A DNA stretch of 64,000 nucleotides from Paragordius varius (Eukaryota > Animalia > Nematomorpha), in NCBI GenBank assembly GCA_964247055.1, contig OZ176050.1, forward strand, positions 3,038,001-3,102,000, given 5' to 3'. Under the pieces are notes generated by a model. It was not told where the DNA came from and ran no database searches. It was given only the letters and a program-made list of their open reading frames with translations. A program made the translations under genes and the position numbers. Positions 1 to 13,253 of the stretch are shown piece after piece (position 1 is the stretch's first letter; the number at the start of each line of letters is the position of its first letter).

Positions 1-2659
1 CCAAATTCAGTCGTCAGACTATTCCTCAGATCTGAAGATATGAAATTTAGCCTGAAAATGTTCTTGTTATGCTATGAGCTTTAATATGTACCGCTAATGT
101 AACCTTATACATGATAAAATTTTAATATTTGCAAAATCTGTGGCCATAAAATTTGAGGTCCTCGTGTAGACCGTGGGCCTCGGTTTGCCTCCAACTAATA
201 TATAGTGTGGCATCATTTTTGCCGTTATAGGTAATTGATTATTATTATAGACGCTATTTATGGTTTTTTACCATATTCATTAATTAATAAGGCGAAAGTT
301 TTTAATCTGCAGATTGAATCTAAGAAAATTATTTATGTGGTCTTCTTCAAGTGTTAAAGGTAAGATATTCAAAAATGTCAACATGGTAAATCCATTTCAA
401 TCGGATACGAGATGAATATGTTACCATATGATCATTTTTTAAATTTTATCTTAACAGCAAATAAAGTTATGATGGTCATTCCATGATGGGAAACTAGAAG
501 TTCGGTTATTATACAATCAATTATATATTAATTTAAGCAATAAATTATTTTATTTCTTAAACCGTGTGGGAACCACTTTTTGGAGATAAAACCATATTAT
601 CAACAGCATTTAAAAAACCAATGAAATAGAATGAGTTTATTTTATATTCCATTTTATAGCTACATCATACCTAAACAGTTCTTCCTTATAGTCTTTGTGT
701 ACAAATATGAGGTAAATTATTCTTTAAAATCATTAAGATATTGGAAATTAAATTTTTCTAGGTTACTTATGGATCGACAACTGCTTTCTGGCCAACTCAC
801 ATATAAAAACAAATAGTGATCTGTTTCAACCTTAACAATTTATTATGTTTTTATTCTTGCATAACATTTTTAGGGTAGTTTTCTCTCGAGCATAAGGCAA
901 TAAACAAACTATTGTTATGAAAGTTTTGTTTGATATTTCGTTGTCAAACGATTTTATATTGTATAAAAAAATTAAAATTTTTGCAGTTTTTTTATAATAT
1001 CATTAAAACGAACAGCTGATATTTAAAAAAATATCAAATACTTGCTGGTTAATTGTAAAATGAAAGCTATCAAATTTAATTTTTGATATTTTCCACTAGA
1101 ATATATTATTTACTTCTGTTAGAGATTAAAATAAATTAAGAATAAAATTGGCAACGAAAAAGTTTGAGATGGGGATTATTTTACAATTACATGTTTTTTT
1201 AAACTTTTGTATCATGCGGCTAAAAGGCTAAAGTAATTTTAAATTTGGTCCTAAAATATTTTTTATGATATTTAAATTTATGGCCTTAGGGTATAAAACT
1301 ACCAAAAGGTAAATGAAGTTAACACTTCGATTCTTGGGGTTAAACCTGAAAAAATTTAACTTTTCTAAAAAACTACTGAAGGAAACAGTATTAATCTAAA
1401 TTTATCCTTCTATCCTAATAAAAATTATATAAAATAGCCAACATAAAAATTCGTTTTGAAAAAAGTTACATGTGAAACCACTTAGACGCCATTTTTATTT
1501 ACAAAAATTTTACAAAATATCGTGTTTATTTAATTCTAATGAAGCTAATATTTTTATTTAAATTACATCACATTGATAGATATGGAAAAGTGGTTTAATT
1601 TGTATTATTATTCAATTTTCTTAAAGCAGATATGTTAACAAATTTTTACCTTTTGCTATTTACATTAAAAAAACAAATATCAAGTATTTTTGAATAAATA
1701 ATTAACATATTTCGGTTTATTGTTATATAGGTGCAAAATTTTGCCATGATTTCGATCCCTTCTATATTTTTTAAAATACTAATTTTAAACAGGCCTGGGG
1801 TATCCAAATACCCCAATTTAAATCGAAGGACAGAAATGAATATCTTGTATCCAAGTGTTAAGGGAGTGTAATTTGGGAAATAAAATCACCAAGTGCTACC
1901 CCATTCGATATTTATAAAGTCGGATGAGGTGTTGTTGAGAGATTCTGACGATTCATATAACTAAATGCTATTCCTTGCATGTTTTATCAAATTTAATTAA
2001 CCTGAGATGCCTATTGATGGATTTTCCTAACCTCCACCCTCCAACTTAGATTCAGCATCCAGCCTGATTGCTTAGCAATAAAAAGATGTTTAGTCCACAA
2101 TTTTCCGCGCCTTATACATCTACATTAATATGCCATGGTTTGGGATAAATTTTGGTTCTGGACTTGAAAATAATTATAATTATTTTGCCAGTCATAAGCG
2201 TGACATTGAGCCAACAACTGTGGTCCTTTGTTGTTAAACGATTGATAACTTAATCGTGATTTATACGGCCCTGAAAGATTCATAAAATTAGACTAACTAT
2301 AAATAAGCATTTTTAACGATATCGGTAGTAATGTAGGCGTTATTAAGTGTATTCTTTCACTCATCGATAAATAAATTTATATTATCCTTTATGATCATCT
2401 CCTTAAACTGAAAATTCTAAGATATTTTTATGCTCAAAATATAATTGAAAGAGGTGCAAAATTTTTTTGGCATTAATTTAAATACTCCTAATTCCTTGTT
2501 TATATATTTAACAACAAAATATTTTAAATTTTATTGGAATAACTCTTAAGTATATAAAAATTATGGCGTTTATACATATGCAGAATATAGGCAATACAAT
2601 TTTTACGTTCATTTGTATTTGGTATTTTTCAATTGTTACATCTTGTAACTATTTTTTAA

Positions 2660-5600
2660 ATGGAAACGCACGAGATTGAAAATTTATGCATTCAGTTGTT
2701 TGATATTGGTGTTATTAAGTTTGGTGATTTTACTCTTAAAAGCGGTAAAAAATCGAATTACTATATTGACTTACGTATATTAAGATCCTATCCCAAAATA
2801 TTGGTTATTTTGTAATTATATTGTAGAAATTCGTGGCGAAAGAATTATATAAATTAATTGTTAAAGATCAAATCAAATATAATATTATATGCGGTGTTCC
2901 ATATTCTGCCTTACCCATAGCCACAGTAATATTTATTGTTATTTAGTCAATATGCATTGAAAATGACATTCCAAGTATATTTAAAAGAGATTCGGTTAAA
3001 ACTTATGGAACAAAACACCTAATTGATGGATTGTACAACAAAGATGACATATGTCTCATTATTGAAGATGTTGTGACAACAGGTTTAAGTATTAAAGAAA
3101 CGGCTCAGGTTTTTTTAACAATAATTTTAGCAACTGCGGAAAGAAGGATTGATCATAAATGATGTCTGTTTTGTCATTGATCGCGAATCCGAGGGACCAA
3201 AAAATTTGCTGGAAATCGGCATCAAATCACATTGGTTTGTTTAACTTAATTTACATATATTATTAAAAGTGTGCATTTATTTTATATAAAAAAATTATTT
3301 TTAGTTTGTTGTAGATTATATTAATGTGTATTTAGTCTTTTCAAGATTTCCACCATTATGAATATCTTGCATAAGCACGGTAAACTTGATGAATCGTTCA
3401 CCAGTTGTGTCACTGATCTTCCGGTCTCAAGCGTCAACAAAGTAAATTTTTTGTGTATTTTTGTGATTTTTTATAAAAAAAAATTTAGTGGTTGTTTTGA
3501 TACAAATATTTTTCAAAGGTTATACTGTTTATTTTGCTGACAAGTCGTTAAATATGTGTTTTATATATTAAGTGGTATCATTTTTAGATAACTAGTAAAC
3601 ATTTTACTGATAAAAAAGCTAAAAATAAAAGGTTTTTAATGGTAGCCCTACAATCCGTTTCGTAATTTTAATTTTTGACATTATTTATGAATACCAATTT
3701 AAAATATAATTCATTCCATATATAACAATTTTTATGGTTTATAGAAAATTCCTTTTAATTTACGCCTCAATCCCGCCAACATTATACAACAAAAATTGTG
3801 TCAAATAATTGAGACTAAACAGTCAAATGTCATATTTTCGGCCGATTTAACATCAGGACAGCCTTTATTACAAGTAAAAAATGATAATTTTTAGTTTAAA
3901 TTTTATGAGATTTAAAGTTTTACTATCTTTAAAATTGTACATAAAATGCTATTTTTTCTGTCAAAAACTAGATGTTAGAAATTGTTGGCCCACATATATG
4001 TTGCGTTAAAACTCACATTGATATACTACAAGATTTTAACGAAGAGTATTTCTTTTTTTGCCATTAATACACCTTATAGATTTATTCAAGATCTGAAATC
4101 GTTGTCATTGAAACACAACTTTTTAATAATGGAGGACAGGTACTAATTTATTAATTTTTTTATTTTTTACATCATTTATCCAAAGAATAAGTTCTAATAT
4201 TGAAGATTTTTGTTTAAATAAATTTAGAAAGTTTTCAGATATTGGTTACATATTGCAAAAACAATATACTGGTGGAGTTTTTCAGATCAGTTCATGGGCT
4301 GATATTGTCACTGTGCACGGGATTACGGGGGAATGGTCTGTCAATGCTTTGAGAAAGGTTTAAACCCAATTTTTAAAAAAACGCCTTTTTAATTTTTAAA
4401 TAGGCGCTCGCTAAAATATTATATTTTTTTGAGATTTAAAATTTACAAAAGGTCTGTAATATTTAAAGTTGGAGTTAAAAAATTTTTATTCAATAAAGTT
4501 GATTCAAACACCTATTAAAGTTGAATGTTAGAACAATATAACACATATTAATTTAAATTTCTTATTTATATTCTTAGGCGCAAAATCGTTTTTATTAAAT
4601 TTCAGTTTTTTGTTAATTTTATTATTTATATATTTACCATATTGTATCATCATATATTTATATTTAAATTAATATATTATATTTATATATATATGTAATT
4701 AATTTTACATGCATAAATTATTCAAACGTAATGTAATGTAATTTGAGATTTTATATGGTTTAGGCGATTGAAGGTCAAGGCAAAGCTTGCGTTTTAGTTG
4801 CCGAAATGAGCTGTCAAAATAATCTCATTACCAAGGAGTATACTAATGGTATATCTTTTTTAAATATAAACATTATAAATGTTTTTATCTTTTTTATGAC
4901 TTTTTTTTATCTTTTTATTGCCATAAAAAGATATTTTCTTACATTACTATAAGGATTAATATCCATATGACAAATGTTTTTGATTTAAACTTTTTATGGT
5001 ATAATAATAGCTATATTAATGTGATGTTTGAATAAATATATATCAATGTCAAAAGTAAAATTAATAACTTATGTTTTCATGGTCTTACGGTGTACATTAT
5101 GGCAAAATTTATATATGTGGAAACATTCTTTAAATACTAAAATTTATAATTTGGATTTTAATTGAAAAAGTTTATTATTATTAATATGATATATTTTTAG
5201 CCGTCGTGAGTATTGCTGAAAAGAATGAGGATTACGTTATCGGCTTCGTATGTCAACGCAAGTTGTCGAATAATCCTAAATTTTTACACTTTACACCAGG
5301 TTATGTTTAACATAAAAATAATTTAATCATTAAAAAAGTTTACAGTTTTTTTAATTTATCTTAATTATTAAATGGTTAAGCGGTGTTAAAATATTTCATA
5401 ATGAAATTAATTAACATTTAACATAAGTTACCGGTTACATAATGTGCAATAAATTTCAATTAAACGGATTTACGTTTTAAAAGATTTAACATGATTTCAG
5501 GGGTGCATAGGATTGAAAAAGCTTATCTATTTTGATATCTAATTGCGTAATAGATGTCGGAGCTTATCATAAATTATTAAGAAATATTTCCTTTTATGTC

Positions 5601-6231
5601 ACACGAAAATAATTAATCTATATGATAATTTTAAAAATTATATCACAAATTATATATGTAATCTATCAAAAATTGGAATTTTATCACAAGACACTACTTA
5701 TCTTTTTTCTTTACTTATAAATATATTTTTTGGTTATTTTTTCTATAACCATAAATCTAATGTTTCTATATGATGACAGTAGGGGATTGCGTGCATATTA
5801 TATATATATCATATATCATTAATATTTATGAATTAGGCGTTAAATTAGGCAATGTCGACGCCATAAAATTATTAGTTGACCATGAAAGAAGCGATAATAT
5901 TACAACTGAAAAGACGTCTTCTTACGCAGCAAAAATTCAGGAACAACATTACGAAAAAAGTGGTGTCGATACACAGAATGACACTACCAAATCGATTGGT
6001 GACAATAATTGTAATAATAATAATAACATAGTTAATGAGGAAAAATCCAACCAAACTAACAATAAAGATTCCTTAGGCCAGGGTTATGGTACACCCCAAT
6101 ATGTCATAGGGCAAGAACTGACAGATATAATAATAGTTGGTAGGGATGTTTACGAAGCCAAAGATCCACTATCCGCTATTTTACGGCTAAAATCTGTCGC
6201 TTATAAATCGTATCATGAGAAATGTACCTGA
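2660..6231 (+). CDS. UMPS: UMP synthase (OPRT + OMP decarboxylase), 12 exons, ~528 aa
   Basis: Exons 2660-2803, 2827-2925, 2947-3108, 3131-3234, 3336-3441, 3745-3873, 3972-4045, 4080-4139, 4228-4357, 4764-4848, 5201-5299, 5837-6231 join in frame with GT-AG introns. Motifs: [28 protein letters not shown] (PRPP binding), KTHID, EDRKFSDIG (ODC DxKxxD), TPGV, DSLGQGY, IIVGR. Confidence 0.96.
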
Positions 6232-7553
6232 ATTTTTTTCGCTTAAACTCTTCAATAAAAACTGGTTTATTGCTCAATTTATTATGTATCAACATTCGTT
6301 TTTAATCAAAACAAAATTTATGAAAAAATCCCGTGTAAACATAATTTTTAATGAATAAATAAATTTTATCATGTTGCCTAGTTTATAATTATATGTATTA
6401 CCTTAATCTTTCCCGTTTATAATGGATATGAAAATAATGTTTTCGTTTTTAACTTCGATCGTTTTGACCTAGGTCTAAGAGTTTCATAAAGCAAATTATG
6501 AAATGTAGATCATACGTATAATTGCGATATAGGCGGCCCATAGGTCCAAAATGGAACCAGCAAAAATCATAAAACACATATTTTTCATTATGTTCGTATA
6601 TTAATTACACATTTATGTTAAAATCTATTAAAATACTGATTTCCATGTATTTTTTCCATTCGGACCAAAAATCATAAATTTGAATTGTGTGGCCAAGTTA
6701 TACCTTATAAGTATTTATTTTAATTAAATGATTTTTTAGTTTTTAACTTTGTATTTTGTAACAAATAACCAAATTTTGAAATAACAATTTTCTATTGGTA
6801 TAAAAAAACCGTGTTCATAATCCCCCCCCCAAAAAAAAACATTCAGTTTATTACTATGATCTCTTATTTTCCATCATAAATATCCAACAAAAATATTACA
6901 TTGCGAAAATTGCATCATTAGTGTACGATTCAACTATAATATACCAAATTTTAAACTATATTTTGCCACAACAATTTAGTACTTTTTATATTTTACAATA
7001 AAATGGCCATTCTCAAGGAATATTCAAAAAATCTCTTTTTTTGCATCAAAAACATTAATAAAGTTTTATTACATGTGTCCCCAAGGTATACTCTCAATAT
7101 CTTAAAAACTTTGCAGTTCGCATTGCTTAAATGTACAGTTGATCTTAATAATAATAAAGTTTTTACACCCATTTTAACTTTAGAGTTATCCAAAATCTGC
7201 TCTGTCAATTTAAAATTTCTACATTTTTTTTATAATAGTAAATTAATTAATTGATTTATTTATTACAAAAGTTAACAACAAAGTCTGTGTGGTGCTTCAC
7301 ACAATGCTGCATTGTTTAGGATATAAAAATTACATTTTTACAAAAATATTTTATAATTAAAACAATACTATTTAATGTATATACGATACTTATAGATAAG
7401 AGATAGATAATAATACAGGAATGTATTGTGACTGACTATGTTGTTTTCTCATTAGATTTATTTAAGGCAATTAAGTATACTTATTTAAAAAATGTAATTA
7501 TAACGCCATTAAAAAACCTTTTTAGAATGTTATGAAAATCAGTGAGTGAAAAA

Positions 7554-10500
7554 TTATATCGCTTGTATAACATCACAATCCAGCACCGGGGGTAAAGTTA
7601 TTAAGGCATTCAGATCAATTTTGTAGGCTGGAGCGTTAAAATTTGTGCTATTAAATTTTCGGATTAATCTCATGGCCTTGAATTTTCGCATATCCTCTAA
7701 ACTACCTATTATTATTATTATGGCAATAATGATTATGTTTGTAATTAGATACACTGTTATCGTTTAAATTAAAACAATACAATAAAATCTCTAATGTAAT
7801 AAAAAATTGGATAGTTAATTTAAAATTTTAGATAGCGCTTTTGTAGAAAAAATCAAATTGGAGATATGTTTTGTAGATAAGGATATATTCTTAAATGCTA
7901 AATACGGGTCTTAATAGACAAATTTTAAAATAATGTTTAACCTTAATTTACACGAAATTTCAAAACAAAATACCTATAATGTTATATTTGTTTCGGTAGA
8001 TGGGCACTTTGGTGTCAGCATATCGCATAGGGAAATTAGTTTCTTTCGCCGTTTCCACCATATCATTGTAAATTTCTCGTTCTACGCGACACTTATTAAC
8101 CGTAAAAGTTGAAATGTTTCGAAAAGGTCCGATAGATGAAACATTATGACAATGGTCTGGGCTCCGTTTCCTACCTCCCATTATCAAAGGCTGAATATTG
8201 GTATGATTTCTATGGATGTTTGAATGGTGCAAGGGTGTACTTTCAAGGCTTAGAAATCCATTTTTATTATTAGTGTTTAAAACGTTTCGATTGCTTAATG
8301 GCTGTTGTTGCGGTATTTTACGTTTTAGCGGATAATATTCCGCTCCATTTGGTCTGTTATCAGAAAGCAAACTATACGTTTGTTGTAACAAATCATTTTT
8401 TGGGGTTGTCCGGTTCTTGGAGATATAATTTGACAAACGGGTTTTCCCAAAACCTTCATACGTTGGTACATCACTCATTATATCTTCCATAGAATCTTTC
8501 AGACCTTGACGCGTATTATATGGGGCTAACGAGGAGGTGGTTATTGTTTGATTTTTTGCATAATAATTCAAAGACGGTGGTGGTTTTTTATTTTTTGACA
8601 ATATGTGTTGTTCGGTATCAGTTTCAGCATATTTCTTTATGGTATCAAATCTACGATATATATATGATATAATGCAATAATGTTTAGAGAAATTTTACAT
8701 TGTCATTAATATTAATAACTTTTAAGAAGAGGAAAAAAATAATTATATTTTTTATACAGGTGCAATTAAATAATTATTAAATATTAATGAGTTAACCTAG
8801 TTTTTATATATGTGCTTATTAATTGTAATATATAAATTTATTTAATAGTTAGTGTTGTTTATTTTGTCACTCTTTCAAAACGTTCAATTTTGGGATCCAA
8901 TATCTACACATTCTTTTATATTTTAATATAATTTATTTAATTTTAGCGGTGTTTTAGTTTTTGATCATTTAAAAAACCGATCCGAATGCCTAAAATGCAA
9001 TTATTTATGGTCGCAACCAGTCATGTAACGCCACATTTAAATTAAATAAAAAACAAAATTATTTAATTAAATTTCTTTATTAGTAATTTATAAATTAGTT
9101 CAGAGGATAACTCCTTAATATATTTAGGTATAAGGACTATGTGGTATTACATTTTATATAAAGTTTTAAAAATTTGAATTTCAAGATGTGATTACAACCT
9201 AAAAAGTATTTCAATTTATTAAACATTGAGTATTAAGAAATGCATATCTAAAAGAGTGATCAAAATACAATATTTTTTAATATGCTTTAACTTTGCCAGC
9301 ATATAACAAAAAGTAATAGGCCTTTTTTACCGTAAAGTTCAATTAAATCTTAAATTCTTTAGTTTTATAATTCCAATTATGATTTGCTATAATATATATA
9401 TATATATATACCTATCATCGTATTCCTCCTGATATTCTAGGGTGAATGTAGATGTCGAGAGGACAGAGCCCGTATCTGTGGTATAGCCATTATTTTCTAT
9501 CAAGGTACTCGGTTGCGGTTCTGAAACAAATATCTCAAACTTTTGATCGCTGGTTATAGTTGGTTCAATTTCAGTATTTACATTGCAAGAATTAATTGGA
9601 TGTTTTCTAGGTGCATTTGTAACTTGATAAGTGCGAATAGTGTGATTATTATTGTTACCATTTTCATTTTGTTTATGTTGCCGCATATTTGCTTGTAACC
9701 TGTCTTGATTGGAAGAAATATCATCGGTTGACCACATCATATTAGTGTGAGATCTATAATGATTTGATTTGGTGGAATTTTTGGGTCTTGGATTAGTGTT
9801 AGAGACTATGGATTGATTTTTTCCCGCATTAAATGTTAAGTTATTATGAGGACTTGTACCATTGGCCGGATTAAGATTTGAAATGAGATCATCGAAACGT
9901 TTAAATTTACAGTTGTGATGATTTGGTGAATAAATATTTCTATTGCTATTACTAATGTTAATATTTTTAACATTAGAACTAATTGTTGGATTATTAAATT
10001 GCTTTTTGGTGTCCATATTGAAGGCGAAAATAGAGATTGTTATGTCTACAAAAGACAAAATTAAATGTATTTTATGGTTTGTTCAAAAAACGTATATTTA
10101 TATATTTTATGACACCAAAATTATTCTTTGATCTTTTTTGCTGTTTAATTGTGTTAATTAAACATATTAATCCTTTGTTGCTATTTTTTTAATTCATTTA
10201 ACCAACTTCTCTAAAGGTTCTGATAACGTAAAGTGCTAATTAAAAAATAAGAAAAAAATAAATGAATATTCATAACGGTAATGCAGATTAATGTGCAATT
10301 TCATTATTCTATTATATTCTGGATGTAAAATTCAATAAACTTTTGGTGTTTTTATTAAAATAATGAAAGTAACAAAACTTCCGAATTTAAAAACAAAAAG
10401 AATTTAACACACATATGAATGCATAAAAATCAATAAAATGTGTAACATATTATTATCGCATAAAAACAAAAAAGATCTTTTAACACCACCTACTTTATTT

Positions 10501-11900
10501 CTTAGGCCTGGAAAAATGACAATAGCGAAGTATAAAACATTTAAACTATTTTATTTTAAAACAAGGTCCATAGTTAAAACGAATCTGAGAATAGGCTAAG
10601 TTTTTTAGCTTTGATTTATAGATAGATAGAATATACTAAATTAAATACTCTAAAAAATAAATTAAGTTTAAAAATATTAATAAATGATGGCACGTTTTGC
10701 AGATAAACACATTAGTAACAAAATGACACTTTTTGGAAACTACAAAATATTTCATTTCAAAATTTGAACTTTAACGCAAAACTTAAGTTTATTTTAAGCT
10801 TAATTTCGGATTAGCAGTTTAAAGAAGTTCCATTTTGTGCTTTTTTATATCGATTTGGGATCCATACTGTCATCATATTTTTTTGTAGCCTAAACAAAAT
10901 TTTTTACCAATAATTAAAATTTATTTTTTGCTTAACAAGTTTTTGAAATAATCAGTATACCATATAATTTTCTATTTATTATTATCATAACAATTTTGGA
11001 ATTAATAAAATCGTAAAATTATAAAATTATGCAAAAAGCCTGAAATAATAGCTGCTTTACTAAATTTATTATGATAACTTCCGAAAAAATATATGAAATT
11101 ATTTGAAAAAATTAATGATTTGAAATAAAATAAAAAATACAGAGTATTGGTGTGGAACTCTTAAAATATGCATATAAATAGTCCAAGGTTAAATACCGAA
11201 ACTGTCCTATTTTACCATCACGACTATCCGCCGTCAGTGGGCAGGTATTTAAATTTTCATAAATTTTTTTAACAATTAATAAAAAAATAAGACTTAAATT
11301 TAAACAACTTATAAATAGAGTAAACTTATTTAAATACAATTTCTGTAAATATATTTGAAATTACACGAGTGGTCCAAAAATTCGTTAAAATTCCACTCAT
11401 AAATACTAATCAACGAGGGAACTAAATGCTACAGGCACCCATAAAGCAGTATTTGATGATAAACGCCTTCAAATAGAGGTTAAGAATAGGGGACTTACTG
11501 TCGTTAAATCGGAAATATGGCTTTTTTTATATTAATGGTATTTGTAAATAAAACTACATAAATATATTAAAATATTTTTGTCCCTTACTTCCATGTATTG
11601 AAACCTCATTTAAACTAAAAGTAGCCGGAATAAAAAAATTCACGAATAGATTAGATTTGATATAACACGTGCTTGGTACGGAACAGAGATTATTTAGTTC
11701 AAAACATATATTTCGAGTTTTTTTTCAAGATCTAACAATTGTAGTAGATTTCTAAATCTCGTAAAGGTTAGGACCTTAAGGGTTGCACGCTTGGTTTTAT
11801 GGTAAAATTATAAATTAAACGAAAATTTAAAACGATGTAAAATTGAAATTTATTGTATTTTTTTAAAATGTTAATCTGAAATAATTACCAATTTAGTATC
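7554..11900 (-). CDS. Multi-exon gene with a long N/S-rich C-terminal tail; 5' part tentatively a divergent TENT5/FAM46-like nucleotidyltransferase fold (5' exon structure unresolved)
   Basis: Three 3' exons (~9413-10047, ~7981-8650, 7554-~7706) splice in frame and are stop-free. Upstream segments resemble FAM46 in order: VLTFTRFRNLLQLL, LNEVSIHGS (VRLNGS), FIIKYCFMVFMSGI (VVLDCLLDFLPEGV), LYLNK..LSLIFL (AYVQK..WSLISL), TADS..LTLDYL (SVDS..IKLDSL), NKGLICL (NESTVCL). Existence of a gene is well supported; family identity is by-eye only. Confidence 0.45.
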
Positions 11901-13253
11901 AATGACAAGTCTGTCCAGATATTGATCCAATACAGAATATAATATTTAATGTGTAAAAAAAATAATTTAATTATATAAATAAATAAACATTTATGTGCTG
12001 CATACTATTACGTAAAACGTGAAACCCAGTTATAACCGGGAACTTAAAACAGACAAAAATCAAGTAATGTAAAAATATGATGACTAAGGAGGAATATATA
12101 AATAAATATGTTAGGAAATATAAGAATTAATTTGTTATAACAATTGCTATCTATTGTAAAAAATTATCATTATTTTTTATGTTTTTTTATAATAGATGGA
12201 ATAAGATTGAACGCAGCGTCATTTTTTATATTATTATTGAAAATTATTGGTTTTTTACTTAATTTCTTACAACACATATTATGAGAAGCTTTTTATACGT
12301 AAGAAAACTAAAAAATCCTTAAAATTAGTGTTAAGTATCATTATAGTTTTAAATGTTGAATTTTAATTTTGACGGAAATATCTTAATTGGGTAAAGGTTG
12401 ATTATATTAGGGTCCATATAAAAATAAAATGGTTTTTGTGAGAATTAAATTAACACCAAGCATCCTTTAATCAAATTATAATTGTAACAACATTTAATTT
12501 AATTAGCTGTTTTGTGTGATAAATAATTTATAAAATTGTTTCTACGATCATAAGTTAGTTTTATTTAATATTTTTACTATTCACAACGCAAAATAATAAA
12601 TTATTGATAAATTGTATGTGGGATGCATGGAGGCACGTTTTCACTGCAATTCTATTGTTTAAAGCCTAAAAATTATAGGTTATAGCCTATTAGCCTATTT
12701 TCAGCTATAACCAGCAAAAGATGTGCATGTTAAAGAAAAAATTTCAATAGATGCCTAAGATGAATGAATTGAATTCATAACTAATTTATTAAAATAACAG
12801 ATTAAAAATCATTAGTTGAGCTAAACAATTTTTTATATAAATTGATGAGTGATTTGAAATAATAATAATAAAAAATATTGTTAAAAAGTTTCCGAGCGTA
12901 AAATAAAACATATAACTCCATCAATTTCATAAGATACAATCCGTAAGGCGTTGGCACGGGACTAAGAAATTCTGTTCTGCGTAAAGATGCAAGAAATTTA
13001 CTAACTTTTTTAAGCATTGAAACTTTCAAAAAGCTTGTTATACATGACTTACAGAGAAGAGGCTATAAATATTGATTCAATGATATATATATTATATATT
13101 GCTTTATGTTAATTAAAATAAAGACAAAATAAAAATTTAAGGTATAACATATTTTAAGGATAATCATATTTATAATCTTATTATTTGATATAACCTATTG
13201 TTTTGGTTCGGGAATATGAAGAATCTTTATATTTCTTTTCCATATATATTAAA

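Noticed and set aside
1-40. CTGACGA on the minus strand at the window start, a possible hammerhead core
   Set aside because: Truncated by the window edge; no stem II or GAAA visible.
10750-11950. Possible TAA/TAG reassignment or RNA editing, suggested by in-frame stops in some readings of the minus-strand gene
   Set aside because: UMPS, PDE, DTL and both annexins translate with the standard code and use TAA or TGA as stops; short introns or decay explain the stops more simply.
12802-13029. Protein-like minus-strand ORF upstream of the TENT5-like gene
   Set aside because: No recognisable motif and no splice path to link it.
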